From a virus (Duplodnaviria; Caudoviricetes), in the IMG/VR virus record IMGVR_UViG_3300044767_000023, positions 29,692 through 93,691 of that record: 64,000 bases of DNA; one strand, given 5' to 3'. Shown one piece after another: positions 49,007 through 59,212 of this stretch. Numbering within the stretch: the stretch's first letter is position 1; each line of letters starts with the position of its first letter. A program made the position numbers and the translations under genes. A model generated the notes under the pieces. It was not told where the DNA came from and ran no database searches. It saw nothing but the letters and a program-made list of their open reading frames with translations.

Positions 49007-49738
49007 CTAGTATGGGATTATCTCTACCTCACTCGCATCGTCGGCATATTGAGTTGGATCCGGCTCACCCGCCTTATTAAAGCCATCGCGCCGCGCTCGG
49101 CAAGTAGGGCAGGTGCCGCAATGCAGGTCGTCGCCTTTATAGCAACTCCAAGTCTCGGCCCAGTCCACGCCGAGCGCGGTGCCGAGCTTGATGATGCCTT
49201 CCTTGTCTAGCCACTGGATCGGGCTATGCAGCCGGATGGTCCGGTCGCTGCCAACCCAGACGGCATTCGCCATGCCGCCGATGAACTCCGGGGTGCAGTC
49301 TGGATAGGCCCAGTTCTGTGCATCCTCGGCGTGCGCGCCAAAGAAGATGGCCCACTCATCGTCCTTAACGGCGCCAGCGTCCTCGTGCGTTAGAACCCAT
49401 TCACCGGAAGCAAAGGACGCGATCGCCGAAATTAGTAATCCGTTGCGAAACGGGACGTAGGCTGGCGACAGTCCCTCAATCTCGCTGTAGGAAATATTCG
49501 GTATCTCCTGCGTGGCGTCGGTCAGAAGTGAGGTCTTCGGAATGATGCCGGACAGGTCCAAAGTAACGTGACGGCAAGCGTGCCGATCGCAAAGCTTCTT
49601 GGCGAACTCCAGCTCCCGCTTGTGGCGCTGGCCGTAGAACGCACTGACGCCGATGACCTCGGCGAACTGGATTTGTGCGATGTGGAAACAGGTGGAGCTA
49701 TCGATGCCCCCACTTAGCAGAACGTAGGCACGCGCCAT
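49007..49738 (-). CDS. queC: 7-cyano-7-deazaguanine synthase
   Basis: SGGIDS, YGQRH, YVPFRN, YPDC, TWSCY...CG.C..C..R. Confidence 0.97.
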   Translation of the reverse strand: MARAYVLLSGGIDSSTCFHIAQIQFAEVIGVSAFYGQRHKRELEFAKKLCDRHACRHVTLDLSGIIPKTSLLTDATQEIPNISYSEIEGLSPAYVPFRNGLLISAIASFASGEWVLTHEDAGAVKDDEWAIFFGAHAEDAQNWAYPDCTPEFIGGMANAVWVGSDRTIRLHSPIQWLDKEGIIKLGTALGVDWAETWSCYKGDDLHCGTCPTCRARRDGFNKAGEPDPTQYADDASEVEIIPY

Positions 49739-49750
49739 ATTGTTGGGTCC

Positions 49751-50143
49751 CTAGAAGAGAGTGGAATGCGCCGAAGCGCGGCAGTCCTTGGTCTCGTACA
49801 CATGCACCGCATCGAGACTTAGGCCAGTGGGCAGCAAGTTGCTGATAATCCGGTGGAGCCAGATCGCAATGATTTCCGCGGTCGGATTGTCGAGACCGGG
49901 AACCTCGTTAAGCAGGCGATGATCGAGCTTCTCGTTGATGAGCGGCTGGACGATGAGGTCGAGGTCCCAGAAGTCCAGCACCCAACCTTGATCGTTGAGC
50001 GTGGCGCGCACCACGAGCTCGAACTCGTAGTTGTGGCCGTGCATGCGCTTGCACTTGTGGCCATCCGGGACGAGCGGAAGGAAGTGCGCCGCCTCGAAAT
50101 GATAGCGCCGCGTGATCGAGCTAAGCAGGGCCATGGGGTGCAC
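49751..50143 (-). CDS. queD: 6-carboxytetrahydropterin synthase
   Basis: FEAAH, C.RMHGHNY, DF, LDH, NPTAE, ET. Confidence 0.96.
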   Translation of the reverse strand: MHPMALLSSITRRYHFEAAHFLPLVPDGHKCKRMHGHNYEFELVVRATLNDQGWVLDFWDLDLIVQPLINEKLDHRLLNEVPGLDNPTAEIIAIWLHRIISNLLPTGLSLDAVHVYETKDCRASAHSTLF

Positions 50144-50246
50144 CTAAAAACCCGGGTTGTCTGCGCCGGACCCGGGAGCTCGGTCAGAAGGGGGGCAGCG
50201 GAAGGGAAATCAACTGCCTGCCTAAGCAGACTCAGGCGCTGGTTTA

Positions 50247-51215
50247 CTATCCTATTTTATCCACCAGGACAAGTGCCTCCAAGGCCTGTTTGTCTAGTTC
50301 TCCCGGGTCTTTGTAGGCTAGGGGCAGGACCAAGCGCCTCACGGACAGGCTGCGGAGCTCGTACGTGAGCTTAATCGCCTTGGCCTCGGCTCCCCTATCC
50401 AGAATTAGAAAACGCCTAGGAAACGCTCCTAGGAGCTCGTAGAGCAGGTCGGTCTGGGTCCGATTGGGCATGGCGGTAAACCAACAGGTGGCGGTGATCC
50501 CCAGGCCCCGGCCGAGATACCGCACCTTGAGGGCATCAAACGGTCCCTCGCAAAGGACGATCGTGTGCGCCTTAGTCTGCTTCCGCAGCTGGTCTTGCCA
50601 CAGCAGGTGGTCGCCGATGTTCCCCTCGGTCTTATAGCGCAGGCCTGCATTCGGCTGGATGCTGCGACCGGTCCATGCCGCGAGCTTGCCCTTGCGGTAG
50701 ACCGGAAAGATGATGCGGTCGCGCCACGGCCCGAAGGTGCAGTATCGCAGTCCGTATAGGCCGAGGACATCCATGCTGCGGAAGCCGCGCTCGCCCAGAT
50801 AATCGACGAAGCGCCGCGCCCTCGGCTCGCGCACCAGCGGCCGGAACTCGGCCGGCATCTCATAGACCGGTGGCGGCTCGACGACCTGGGGGAACAGCTT
50901 GCCGCGAATGCTGGCGAGATAATCGTCGGGCAGCACTACGAAGTCGGGGCCGAGGATGTGTTGCGCTTGCGAATAGGAACAGCGGATCAAGGCCGCGAGT
51001 AGTTTGACCGGATCGCGGCCCCGGTGCGAGGCATCGCGCCAGCACCGCCAGCCGCCGTGCCGCAGGCTAACAGAAAGATGGTGGGACTCGTCGGCCGGTC
51101 CGCAGAACGGGCAGTGCACCGCGACATGCCCCTTCGATACGTTGCGGCCGCCTTCGGCAAAGTCCACGTGGTACTGCCGGAAGATTTCTAGCCAGTTGAT
51201 GGCGCGGTCGCTCAT
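50247..51215 (-). CDS. DNA primase (zinc finger plus TOPRIM)
   Basis: CPFC...H...CW, RIIFP, GR, EGPFDA. Confidence 0.88.
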   Translation of the reverse strand: MSDRAINWLEIFRQYHVDFAEGGRNVSKGHVAVHCPFCGPADESHHLSVSLRHGGWRCWRDASHRGRDPVKLLAALIRCSYSQAQHILGPDFVVLPDDYLASIRGKLFPQVVEPPPVYEMPAEFRPLVREPRARRFVDYLGERGFRSMDVLGLYGLRYCTFGPWRDRIIFPVYRKGKLAAWTGRSIQPNAGLRYKTEGNIGDHLLWQDQLRKQTKAHTIVLCEGPFDALKVRYLGRGLGITATCWFTAMPNRTQTDLLYELLGAFPRRFLILDRGAEAKAIKLTYELRSLSVRRLVLPLAYKDPGELDKQALEALVLVDKIG

Positions 51216-51385
51216 GGCCACCTCAGCGGCGCTCTGATTTTCCTCGCAAGAAAATAAGCTGCAAGAGCCATCAAAACGCAGGCCACAACCATAACGTAGT
51301 TGCCCTTCAAAGCAAACGCAAACGTCATCGCAATATTAGCTCCGGCCAACATTCCAAGCGCGAAGTATGTTTGTGGCCAAGTCAT
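51212..51385 (-). CDS. 57-aa two-TM membrane protein (not in the ORF track)
   Basis: Hand translation MTWPQTYFALGMLAGANIAMTFAFALKGNYVMVVACVLMALAAYFLARKIRAPLRWP; ATGA overlaps at both ends. Confidence 0.6.
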   Translation of the reverse strand: MTWPQTYFALGMLAGANIAMTFAFALKGNYVMVVACVLMALAAYFLARKIRAPLRWP

Positions 51386-51562
51386 TTCTTGATCCTCGGT
51401 CGGATGGTGGGCCGGATATCCTTGAGCTGCTCATTAGGGATGGCGCGCACCGAGCCGTCGTCGAAGCGGACCTCGGACACTTCCGGCCCAGCAGTAATCA
51501 CAAAGCCGCGGCGCTCGCTGTTGTAGCGCAGAACGATGCGCCGCCGAGGTGACGTGGTGCGC

Positions 51563-51982
51563 CTAGTCTTCATCGCCGCCGACGCTGATGACCGTGTCCC
51601 AGGACTTGCGGTCAAGCTTGGCGTCGAGCGCTTCCACCCGGTCGAGCAGGTTGCTGGCTAGCTCCAGTACATCATAGCTGTTGCCATTGCGACCGAAACG
51701 GATCGCCCAGGTGCTAGACTGATTAGGCCGGCGGGGCTTAACGCCGAGGCGTTCTGCAAAAGCATCCAGCTTGCGCCCCACCGCGTTGAAGTCCGTAAAA
51801 TGGCCGGTGGAAGGTGGCCTAGGATTATCCTTCCTTTCGGGTCCGGCCGACCGAGCTTCCGGGGCCTGAGGCGGAGCCGAGCCCTCGGGTTGCTGGTTTA
51901 TCTTAGCCAAGATGCTGTCGGCAATCTCGGATGTACCATCCTCACTGCGAAGCAGTTCCATCAGTTCTTTCTTGGTAATCAT
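51563..51982 (-). CDS. Hypothetical protein
   Basis: ATGA overlap with the helicase gene. Confidence 0.6.
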   Translation of the reverse strand: MITKKELMELLRSEDGTSEIADSILAKINQQPEGSAPPQAPEARSAGPERKDNPRPPSTGHFTDFNAVGRKLDAFAERLGVKPRRPNQSSTWAIRFGRNGNSYDVLELASNLLDRVEALDAKLDRKSWDTVISVGGDED

Positions 51983-53535
51983 ATCTGCACCCGTCCTTCT
52001 AAGATTGCTTTGAATAGGTCGTCGCCTTCGGTGTGGAACTCCCGGATGCGCTCGTCCATCGTGTTGATCGCCAGCAAGTCATAACGGAAGACGCGATCCC
52101 AGTTGGAGTAGCGGCGGATGAACCGTGCTTCCACCTGCTTGCGGATGATCGAGCTAACCGGGCTTTCATAGAACAACATATAAGCCGCGTTCTGCAGGTT
52201 GAGCCCGAAGCCGCCGGCCTTATGATTTATGACAAGCCGGGTGACCCGTCCAGTCTTAAATCGCCGGATTGATGTAGCCTCGTCCTTTACCCCACCGCGC
52301 AGGTACACAAACGGGATGCGCTGTTCCTCCAGCTGCTGGCAGATACGCTCGCCACTGTAGATGAACTCATGCACAATGATGACCGGGTACTCGAGCGGGA
52401 TTGATTGCGTGATCCCAATCAGCTGCTCGAGCTTGGGGTTCTCCTCGAACTCAACCTTGGCCTTGCGGCCTTCCTCGTCGGCCGGGAGCCCGACGAAGCC
52501 CGACGACAGCTGGCGCATCCGCAGGAAGGTACTCTTGACCCGCACGAAGTCCCCGGCCGCGGCCTGCAGCTCGCCAGTGGCGCGCTCGTACCAGTCGCGG
52601 GCTTCCTCCGATAGCTCCACCCGCTTGACGATGGGGACGACCTTGGGGAGGTCGGCTTCCTTGGCCGGATAGCGAATGGAGCGGTTGGCCAGCAGGTCAT
52701 ACATCAGCTTGCGCTTCTTCTGGATGAAGCGATGCTGGAACCCGCCAAAGTAATTGACCGAGGTCTTGAAGAAGACGCCACGGAAGAGGCCGAGCGTCTC
52801 GCCTAAGGTCTTGCCTCCGTCTACCAAGTTCATCTGCGCCCACAGCGCAGTGGGATCGCGGCCGAACGGAGTACCGGAAAGGACGAGGACCATGTAGGCG
52901 GTCTTGCTTAGCTTGCGACAGATGCGGAAGATCAGGCTGTCGTGTCCCTTTACCTCGCTCGACTCGTCCAGCACTAGGCCTTGGAAGGTGCGCGCTAGCT
53001 CCAGCACCTTGGGAAGGTGGGGCTTGAGGTTCTTGCCCTTCTTATCCGAGGCCATGCGGGTGAACCCGGCATAGGTCGTCACGGTGATGAGTGCGCGCGG
53101 ATTAGCTCGCAACTGTTCCCACTTATTTCGTGAGCTTCCAGTCAGTAATACAAACTGGGTGCGCGGGTAATGCTTGGCGATCTCGTCGCCCCACTCCACA
53201 CAGTTGCTCTTGTTGGGGACAAGGACGAGGACGCGCTGCAGGTTGCCGATGCGGCGATGGTAGCGCGCCAGCGTGAGTGCCAGCATCGTCTTGCCGGTGC
53301 CGGGATCGTTGAAGAAGGCGAAGCGCGGCTGCCGGGCCCCGATCAACGCGCATACCTTCTGGTCCTTATGCAGCTTGTCCCAGGACGGGATATCGGCCGG
53401 GAGCTTAGCGTGGCGCGCGTCTAGGCGGCGAAGGCTTAGCTGCTTCCAGCCGCGATAGTCCCGCCTCGGCCGCTCCAGGAAAGCCTGCAGGTGCCGCTTA
53501 GGAAGCGAAGGTGGCTTAATCTTCCGCCGCCACAT
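51979..53535 (-). CDS. SNF2-like superfamily 2 helicase
   Basis: PGTGKT, LDES, LSGTP, NPKL, GLNLQ; start uncertain. Confidence 0.9.
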   Translation of the reverse strand: MWRRKIKPPSLPKRHLQAFLERPRRDYRGWKQLSLRRLDARHAKLPADIPSWDKLHKDQKVCALIGARQPRFAFFNDPGTGKTMLALTLARYHRRIGNLQRVLVLVPNKSNCVEWGDEIAKHYPRTQFVLLTGSSRNKWEQLRANPRALITVTTYAGFTRMASDKKGKNLKPHLPKVLELARTFQGLVLDESSEVKGHDSLIFRICRKLSKTAYMVLVLSGTPFGRDPTALWAQMNLVDGGKTLGETLGLFRGVFFKTSVNYFGGFQHRFIQKKRKLMYDLLANRSIRYPAKEADLPKVVPIVKRVELSEEARDWYERATGELQAAAGDFVRVKSTFLRMRQLSSGFVGLPADEEGRKAKVEFEENPKLEQLIGITQSIPLEYPVIIVHEFIYSGERICQQLEEQRIPFVYLRGGVKDEATSIRRFKTGRVTRLVINHKAGGFGLNLQNAAYMLFYESPVSSIIRKQVEARFIRRYSNWDRVFRYDLLAINTMDERIREFHTEGDDLFKAILEGRVQI

Positions 53536-54985
53536 CGGTGCGGGCATCGCTGTCATCCTCTTGCGCTTGGAGCCAGGACCAATACTCAGCATCAAGCTTG
53601 ATGGCGTCAACACAGAATTGGCCGATGTCGTAGTTCTGGGTAATGAGTGCGCCGAATTGGTCGCGACCATCCCGGTTCTTGGAGACGTGCAGCCGCGCTA
53701 GCTTCTTCTCCCGCTCCTGCCCGGTGGCCGACATTGTGATCGCAATGTCGGCGGTGTTAATGAGGGAGATGTCCTCGGCCGCATGCGTGACCTTGACGCT
53801 GCGCGCTCCCATGCCTTGCCGGTTCACCTGCTGCGGCGTCAGGCCGGCCATGTGACGCTCGCCCATGAGCGCACGAAACTCTTCGAACTCGCGGCCGAGC
53901 GATATGCGGTGATCCTTGGGATCGGTCTTTACCACTCCGAAGTAGTCGATGATGACGAGGTCGGGAATGAACTTCTCGGTGGCCTCCAGCGTATCTAGGT
54001 AGCCAGCCAGGGAAGCCATGTCTAGCCGCCGCATCGGAAACTGCTTGATGATTAGGTTGCCGATGCGGCTCCCGTACCAATCCATCTTCACTTGTATCTT
54101 GCGCTCCACACGCGGATCGGTCAGGGCAAAGGCGGGTTTGATCTTGCGGCGGCGCAGGCCGGCAAAGTGTTCACCGGGTCCAGTCTTGGCAATCTTCATC
54201 GAGATAAGCTCGCCGGCATCGCGCGGCACCGCGAACAAGGATTGCAGGTAGCGCACCAAGGTCGGCATCTCGTCGAGCTCGAGCGTCAGGTGCAGCACTC
54301 GCTTATGGCCCTGCAGGCCGCGCCGTCCGACGTTGATGGCAAACCAAGTCTTGCCGAAGCCGCTGGGAGCTAGGAACAACATCACGGTGCCGCGCGCCGG
54401 AACCACGCCACCGCGGTCGAGTGGGGGAATGCCGGTGACGAACTCTTCCTTCCGAGTCTCCAGGTACTTGAGCGCACGGCCGTAGTCCCGCAACCGTATC
54501 CCCGGCTCGAATAGGAACTCCCGGCTCTTTAGAATGTCGGTATAGATTTGTTCGACCTCGCCGATGGCCAAATGCCGCTTGGCCTCCAGCAGCTCGGCAG
54601 CCTTGAAGGTCTCACGCCGCAGCTGCGCCTCGCGCGCCATCGTCTTCAACTGGTCAAGGATGTAGGCCGCATTCATGCCGGCATGTTCGAGCGCCAGCAT
54701 GCCGTGGATCACCGCGCGATAGCTTTGATTGCGCGGGTTGTCGCGGGCTAGGAACTCGTCCACGATGTCGGCCACGTGCGCCTTACCGGGCGGGCGCTTG
54801 TGCTTCTTCCAATACTCGATGGCGCGCGTCGCAATAGTAACGTGGACTTGATTGTCGAACTGATTAGGCTGGACGATTTGGCTTACGAGCCTGCCGTGCT
54901 CTGGGCTTAGGCACAGGAGCGTGAGAACGTTTTCGGATAGGGCTTGCGGCAGCTTCGGCGACTCGAGCAGGCTGCTCTCCGGCAT
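53516..54985 (-). CDS. Replicative DnaB-like helicase
   Basis: TG...LD, APSGFGKT, TLE, IIDY, QQVNR, KNRDG. Confidence 0.9.
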   Translation of the reverse strand: MPESSLLESPKLPQALSENVLTLLCLSPEHGRLVSQIVQPNQFDNQVHVTIATRAIEYWKKHKRPPGKAHVADIVDEFLARDNPRNQSYRAVIHGMLALEHAGMNAAYILDQLKTMAREAQLRRETFKAAELLEAKRHLAIGEVEQIYTDILKSREFLFEPGIRLRDYGRALKYLETRKEEFVTGIPPLDRGGVVPARGTVMLFLAPSGFGKTWFAINVGRRGLQGHKRVLHLTLELDEMPTLVRYLQSLFAVPRDAGELISMKIAKTGPGEHFAGLRRRKIKPAFALTDPRVERKIQVKMDWYGSRIGNLIIKQFPMRRLDMASLAGYLDTLEATEKFIPDLVIIDYFGVVKTDPKDHRISLGREFEEFRALMGERHMAGLTPQQVNRQGMGARSVKVTHAAEDISLINTADIAITMSATGQEREKKLARLHVSKNRDGRDQFGALITQNYDIGQFCVDAIKLDAEYWSWLQAQEDDSDARTDVAAED

Positions 54986-55427
54986 TTACCACCTTCCCCA
55001 ATATCCCAAGCCGTGCATACCCAGGATACTCCCGATCAAGGACTGCCGGCACCGTCATCAGCTGGGTAGCAAGCAAGGCGGGATTAACCGCCAGGCCTTG
55101 CGCCACCATCCGCTCGTACAGTAATCGTATTCCTACCGCGAGCACCAAGCGCTTGTGCACCAGCGGGCTCCCAGGACAGGCCCGCTCGAAGAAGTCCGTC
55201 AGTTCCTCCGAGGCCTTATTGACGGCGCGACGAGCGCGCTCGCTGGTAATCAGGCGGCCGATCGCAAGGCCTTGGCATTCCATTTCCAGCACCTGCAGGA
55301 TCCACGAGGCCTTGCCCTCGACGGTCACTCGCCCTCCGGGGAGGAGCAAGAGACCGTCGATGTACTTACGCAACTCATTCAGCTGCGCCGGGTTTAGCTT
55401 ACGCAGCTGGGCCTTGATGTCCTGCAC
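54864..55427 (-). CDS. Hypothetical protein
   Basis: Fills the gap between the methylase and helicase genes. Confidence 0.6.
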   Translation of the reverse strand: MQDIKAQLRKLNPAQLNELRKYIDGLLLLPGGRVTVEGKASWILQVLEMECQGLAIGRLITSERARRAVNKASEELTDFFERACPGSPLVHKRLVLAVGIRLLYERMVAQGLAVNPALLATQLMTVPAVLDREYPGYARLGILGKVVNAGEQPARVAEAAASPIRKRSHAPVPKPRARQARKPNRPA

Positions 55428-56401
55428 TAATCTTCTTCCCTCTCAAAGCTTTTGCTCGGACGGAAGCAGTTGCCAATACTACAGAACACTCCCTCAAACT
55501 TGCTAACCCGCCGACCGAAATAGAAGAAGGCCTGCCCCTGCGTCGGCAGTACCGCTACCCCATTCGGTTGCAGAAACTTGACGCGACCGACGGTGAAGCA
55601 AACGCTAGCACAGATTGGAGCGGCGTCCTTAAACCAATCGGTGTCGGTGCCATTGTTGTTCAGCAAGATTGCTTCCTTGGTCCGACCAGCCGCAATCTCT
55701 TCCAACAACTTCTTGATGAAGGCAGGGCCAAGCTCCCGGTGATACGGAGGGTTGAGCCATATGTTTCCATTCCACTCCTGCTCTAGGCCATCCTCACGCG
55801 CAGTAAACATCTTGCGGGCCTTGACCACCTTCTGCGCCTGCTTGCTGCTAGCCGGATCCAAATCAATGCGGCCGAGAACCTCGCGCGCAGCCTCGATGTA
55901 CTTTGCAGGAGTGTAGCGCTCAAACTCGCCAGTGCCTTCGGTGCCGCGGATTTTGCTATCCTGATGCTGCTCACAAATGCGAGTGCAACGCAGGCGGGCA
56001 TCATTGAGAGCGTGAGCTAGCTTCTCTTCGTCAACCGCAGTTCGTCCTTCCTCCTTAGCGCAAAAACGCTGGCGCCATCGCTCCGCAACCTGTTTACCCG
56101 GATCGGCGTCTGGCAAAGCGGGTCCTCGTACCAGGACCCGCTTGCCTTTTCTTTCAGCCCTAGGCCCTCCTGGTCCGCCTGTCGTCCGAGATGGCACCAC
56201 AACGCCATCCCGCCAGACAACGTAATCGGCTTGCGCCTTCAGCTTAGTCTCGATCGCCTTCAGCAGTTGTGTTTGATCCTTGGCTCGCGCCCAGTGTTTC
56301 TCCGAGGCTTCCGCCACTGCGATAGTCCGCAAGCCGCGCTCTGGATCGTAGATGGTGATGGAGGTCGGTCCGTCTCGCGTAACGAGTGCACGCTCTGGCA
56401 T
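55427..56401 (-). CDS. DNA N6-adenine methyltransferase (phage Dam-like)
   Basis: YTP...IDLDPAS...DGL...W...WLNPPY...TDTDWF...GRVKF. Confidence 0.9.
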   Translation of the reverse strand: MPERALVTRDGPTSITIYDPERGLRTIAVAEASEKHWARAKDQTQLLKAIETKLKAQADYVVWRDGVVVPSRTTGGPGGPRAERKGKRVLVRGPALPDADPGKQVAERWRQRFCAKEEGRTAVDEEKLAHALNDARLRCTRICEQHQDSKIRGTEGTGEFERYTPAKYIEAAREVLGRIDLDPASSKQAQKVVKARKMFTAREDGLEQEWNGNIWLNPPYHRELGPAFIKKLLEEIAAGRTKEAILLNNNGTDTDWFKDAAPICASVCFTVGRVKFLQPNGVAVLPTQGQAFFYFGRRVSKFEGVFCSIGNCFRPSKSFEREED

Positions 56402-56418
56402 TTGGCTTTGCTCCCAAA

Positions 56419-56447
56419 TAAAAACGGGGCCAGTTTAGGCCCCGTTT
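56419..56447. terminator. Terminator-like hairpin
   Basis: AAACGGGGCC-N6-GGCCCCGTTT with T-run on the minus strand. Confidence 0.7.
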
Positions 56448-56465
56448 AAGTCTCAGTCTAGCGTC

Positions 56466-57440
56466 TCATTCATCGTCTTCACGGTTTAGATCGCGCTTCT
56501 TAGTCACACTCGCAAGCCGAGTGATATCGATCTTGCGCTTGTCGCGACCACGAGTAAGACGATTGGCCTCGCGCGCAATCACATCGGCTGCAAATCGCCA
56601 GCGATCGGCCGGATGAAGGCGAGCACTCTCTTTCGCCCGTCCATGCTGGAAGGAGTTCAGAGTATTGCGCTCAATTTCATCCGGCCCAAAACTGGCCAAC
56701 ACTTTCCGAACGCCTTCATCAGGAGTGAAACGCTGGCTGTAGTAGACGACGGCCACCGCAAGTACATTTTGACCATCAAGCCGATGCTTCTTGCCGTCCC
56801 AGCAATTGCGAAAGGCGCGCAAGGTCTTCTTCAGTGAGTCGCCATCATCGAGATTATGGGCCTTGAGTAGAAAGCCGACGCCCTTGAGAACGTATCGGCC
56901 AGAGCCGACCAGCTTGAAACCGCAATCCATGACCACCGAGCGCAGCTTATTGATGCCCGCAATGCCTTCGGCATTTAGCCGGTTGTTGAGTGGTACGATC
57001 TTGCGATTGCAGTTGTAGTGCTTGAATAGTAACGCTTCCTGTTTCTGCCCAGTTGTGGCGATGACTTGGCAACGCACCGAGCGGGTACTCTGACCAGCCG
57101 CCTCCAGACCAAGTTTGCGAGTAGCGCCGTCGACAACGTAAAGAGAATTATCCGGCCTTTTCGACACCACCAGATTGCCAAACATAACCTCGGAGAACTG
57201 AGTGGCGATCTGGTTGACTAGCGTCTTGCGTGGTCGATCCTGATACGCCATGTCGATGCGAAGCACATCGAGTGGTATCTCTTCAAAAACAACTTGCTGG
57301 TCTAGCACCGAACGCAGAATGACTTTTTCTTGGGCAGTCATCTGTGGCTGGCCGAGACGGCGAGCTGGTTCAGTGCCGGCGATGAGGGGATCGTTAGTAG
57401 AGTTAGCGCGGCCATCAAGCCGCCTTTGCCGATTAGGCAT
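56466..57440 (-). CDS. ParB/Srx-like (DUF6551-like) protein
   Basis: ID..YQ.R...VSKR....YVVDG..R...EA.LF...N. Confidence 0.7.
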   Translation of the reverse strand: MPNRQRRLDGRANSTNDPLIAGTEPARRLGQPQMTAQEKVILRSVLDQQVVFEEIPLDVLRIDMAYQDRPRKTLVNQIATQFSEVMFGNLVVSKRPDNSLYVVDGATRKLGLEAAGQSTRSVRCQVIATTGQKQEALLFKHYNCNRKIVPLNNRLNAEGIAGINKLRSVVMDCGFKLVGSGRYVLKGVGFLLKAHNLDDGDSLKKTLRAFRNCWDGKKHRLDGQNVLAVAVVYYSQRFTPDEGVRKVLASFGPDEIERNTLNSFQHGRAKESARLHPADRWRFAADVIAREANRLTRGRDKRKIDITRLASVTKKRDLNREDDE

Positions 57441-57692
57441 AAGGACACCTCAGGGTAGGCTCTCTCAATCTTACGTCGTTGCACTAAGTGCGTGACGCTT
57501 CTGAAGCCCGAGAGCGGGGCAACCCAAAGGCTAGCCCAATCTAATCAACTGGTCAAATCACCGTTATCCTCGGGCGCAACGGGGGCTGCCCCAGCAGCGC
57601 GCCGGATTGCGGTTAGGGCTTTCGTTGATGCGGCCTTGGTTCACGAACGCGGTGGATGTCAATGGGAGCGCTGCCCCTTTCCTGTGTTAGAG

Positions 57693-57929
57693 CTACGTTC
57701 CGTCCGTCTCGGCGGGATCGCCCTCGCCGTATGGATTGCGACTTTCCTCCGGCACCCCGGCGGCGCGCCGGATCGCAGTTAAGGCTTCGTTTATGCGGCC
57801 TTGGTTCACGCCAAACACATCGGCCAGCACCTGCTGGGCCACGCCTCGGCATTCGTAAAGGTAGGCAGCCCGGATTTTCTCTTCCGGGCTGAGATCGGTC
57901 TTGGGCACAAAGCCGCGACGATGCGTCAT
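57693..57929 (-). CDS. Small HTH DNA-binding protein
   Basis: QQVLADVFGVNQGRINEAL. Confidence 0.7.
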   Translation of the reverse strand: MTHRRGFVPKTDLSPEEKIRAAYLYECRGVAQQVLADVFGVNQGRINEALTAIRRAAGVPEESRNPYGEGDPAETDGT

Positions 57930-58144
57930 GGTTCCTCCTTCTTGCCGGGCAGCGTGATCTTGATCCGCTTAGCGCGCAAGGCCAGACCACCGCGATCGGC
58001 CGAGCGGATAATGCCTCGGGATTGCGGATGGGCGTCAAGTATATGCTGGCGCAGTAGCCGCCGGTTCCGCTCCTTCCGGCCGCAGAGCGGGCACTCGTAT
58101 TCATGGAGGCGAGTGGGCCGGCGTCCGAAGGTATCGAGGATCAT
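57926..58144 (-). CDS. Small C2H2 zinc-finger-like protein
   Basis: YECPLC...LRQHILDAH. Confidence 0.6.
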   Translation of the reverse strand: MILDTFGRRPTRLHEYECPLCGRKERNRRLLRQHILDAHPQSRGIIRSADRGGLALRAKRIKITLPGKKEEP

Positions 58145-58338
58145 GGCTCAATGTCCAAATGCTCTGCGAACCATACGTCGTGGATCGCGTTACGCTCGCC
58201 GATGGTGAATGACTTGAATCTGTGCTCGATGTCGGTGCGTCGTCCGCCGCTGTCTAGCCATGTGACGTACCACAGCACGTCGCGGTGATCGAGTCGCAAG
58301 CGCTGTGCCAGTGCGAGATATGGGAAGGTCGTTGTCAT
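58141..58338 (-). CDS. Hypothetical protein
   Basis: ATGA overlap. Confidence 0.5.
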   Translation of the reverse strand: MTTTFPYLALAQRLRLDHRDVLWYVTWLDSGGRRTDIEHRFKSFTIGERNAIHDVWFAEHLDIEP

Positions 58339-58821
58339 TTCAGAGCATCTTCTAGTATTTGCTTCATCGTGAATACAAACCCAATTACACCATCGTAGCC
58401 CCTACCGCGGCGAGGCGCTGGCGTATTTCATCGACTAGCCGAAGCCGCATTGCAGGCCTCCAGGAGAAAAGCCTCGCCTAGGCGCAGGCGAGGCCTGGGG
58501 TGCGTTTATTCGGCGGGGCCGTCACTCTCCATCCGGTCTAGCTCCCGCTCGTCCTTGCGCTTCCTAGCGGCCGCCCGCTCCTTGGCCTCGGCCTCTAGGA
58601 TGGTCCTAAAATGCTTGCAGACTGGGCACAGCTCCTGGGAGCTGAACCCGTGATCGCAGTCCTTCTCTTTCATTTGTCCTTCTCGGCTAGTTCCTCGAGC
58701 TCGAACTCAAGCTCGGCTATGCGGTCCAGATCGTTGGCGGCTCGGGCAGCGGCTAGCTCTTCTTCCAGCCATTGCCGGCGGGTAGCATCGTCCCAAGTCC
58801 TGTTCATTGGCTAGTCCCTCC

Positions 58822-58851
58822 AAAGAAAAAAGGCGGGCATTGGCGCCCGCC
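58822..58851 (-). terminator. Rho-independent terminator
   Basis: GGCGGGCG-CCAA-TGCCCGCC-TTTTTTC. Confidence 0.8.
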
Positions 58852-58888
58852 AGTTGGTCGTCGTTACGTTTCTCTCGGAGCGCAAGAC

Positions 58889-59212
58889 TTAATGCGACGC
58901 GCCGGGGCCAGCAAGCAGACGGCCTCGGCCTTCGAGCACTTCCTTGATCTCGGCGTACTCGCCGCGGACGGCGTAGCCGCGACCATCGCTCAGTTTGATG
59001 ATGACCACTCCGGGCGTCTCGGTGCTCGGGGTAACCGCCGCCACGAACTGGGGATTGATCGAGACCGGCAATGGCGCCGACTCGGGTAGTCCGTCATCTT
59101 CGCCGACGCCCAAATGCGGGGCATGGGCCACTTCAACGACGCGCTGAAATTCGACTAACATTATAGCTCTCCTGTCTAGTCGAACCGGATTGTGTCCGGG
59201 GCACCTCGTCAC
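58889..59212 (-). CDS. Hypothetical protein (true start probably MLVEF near 59161)
   Basis: AGGAG RBS before the internal ATG. Confidence 0.55.
   Translation of the reverse strand: MTRCPGHNPVRLDRRAIMLVEFQRVVEVAHAPHLGVGEDDGLPESAPLPVSINPQFVAAVTPSTETPGVVIIKLSDGRGYAVRGEYAEIKEVLEGRGRLLAGPGASH

Noticed and set aside
51212-51385. Holin call for the two-TM protein (also small TM ORFs at 9714..9830 and near 47926..48015)
   Set aside because: No adjacent endolysin or spanin; a lysis cassette is not visible in this window
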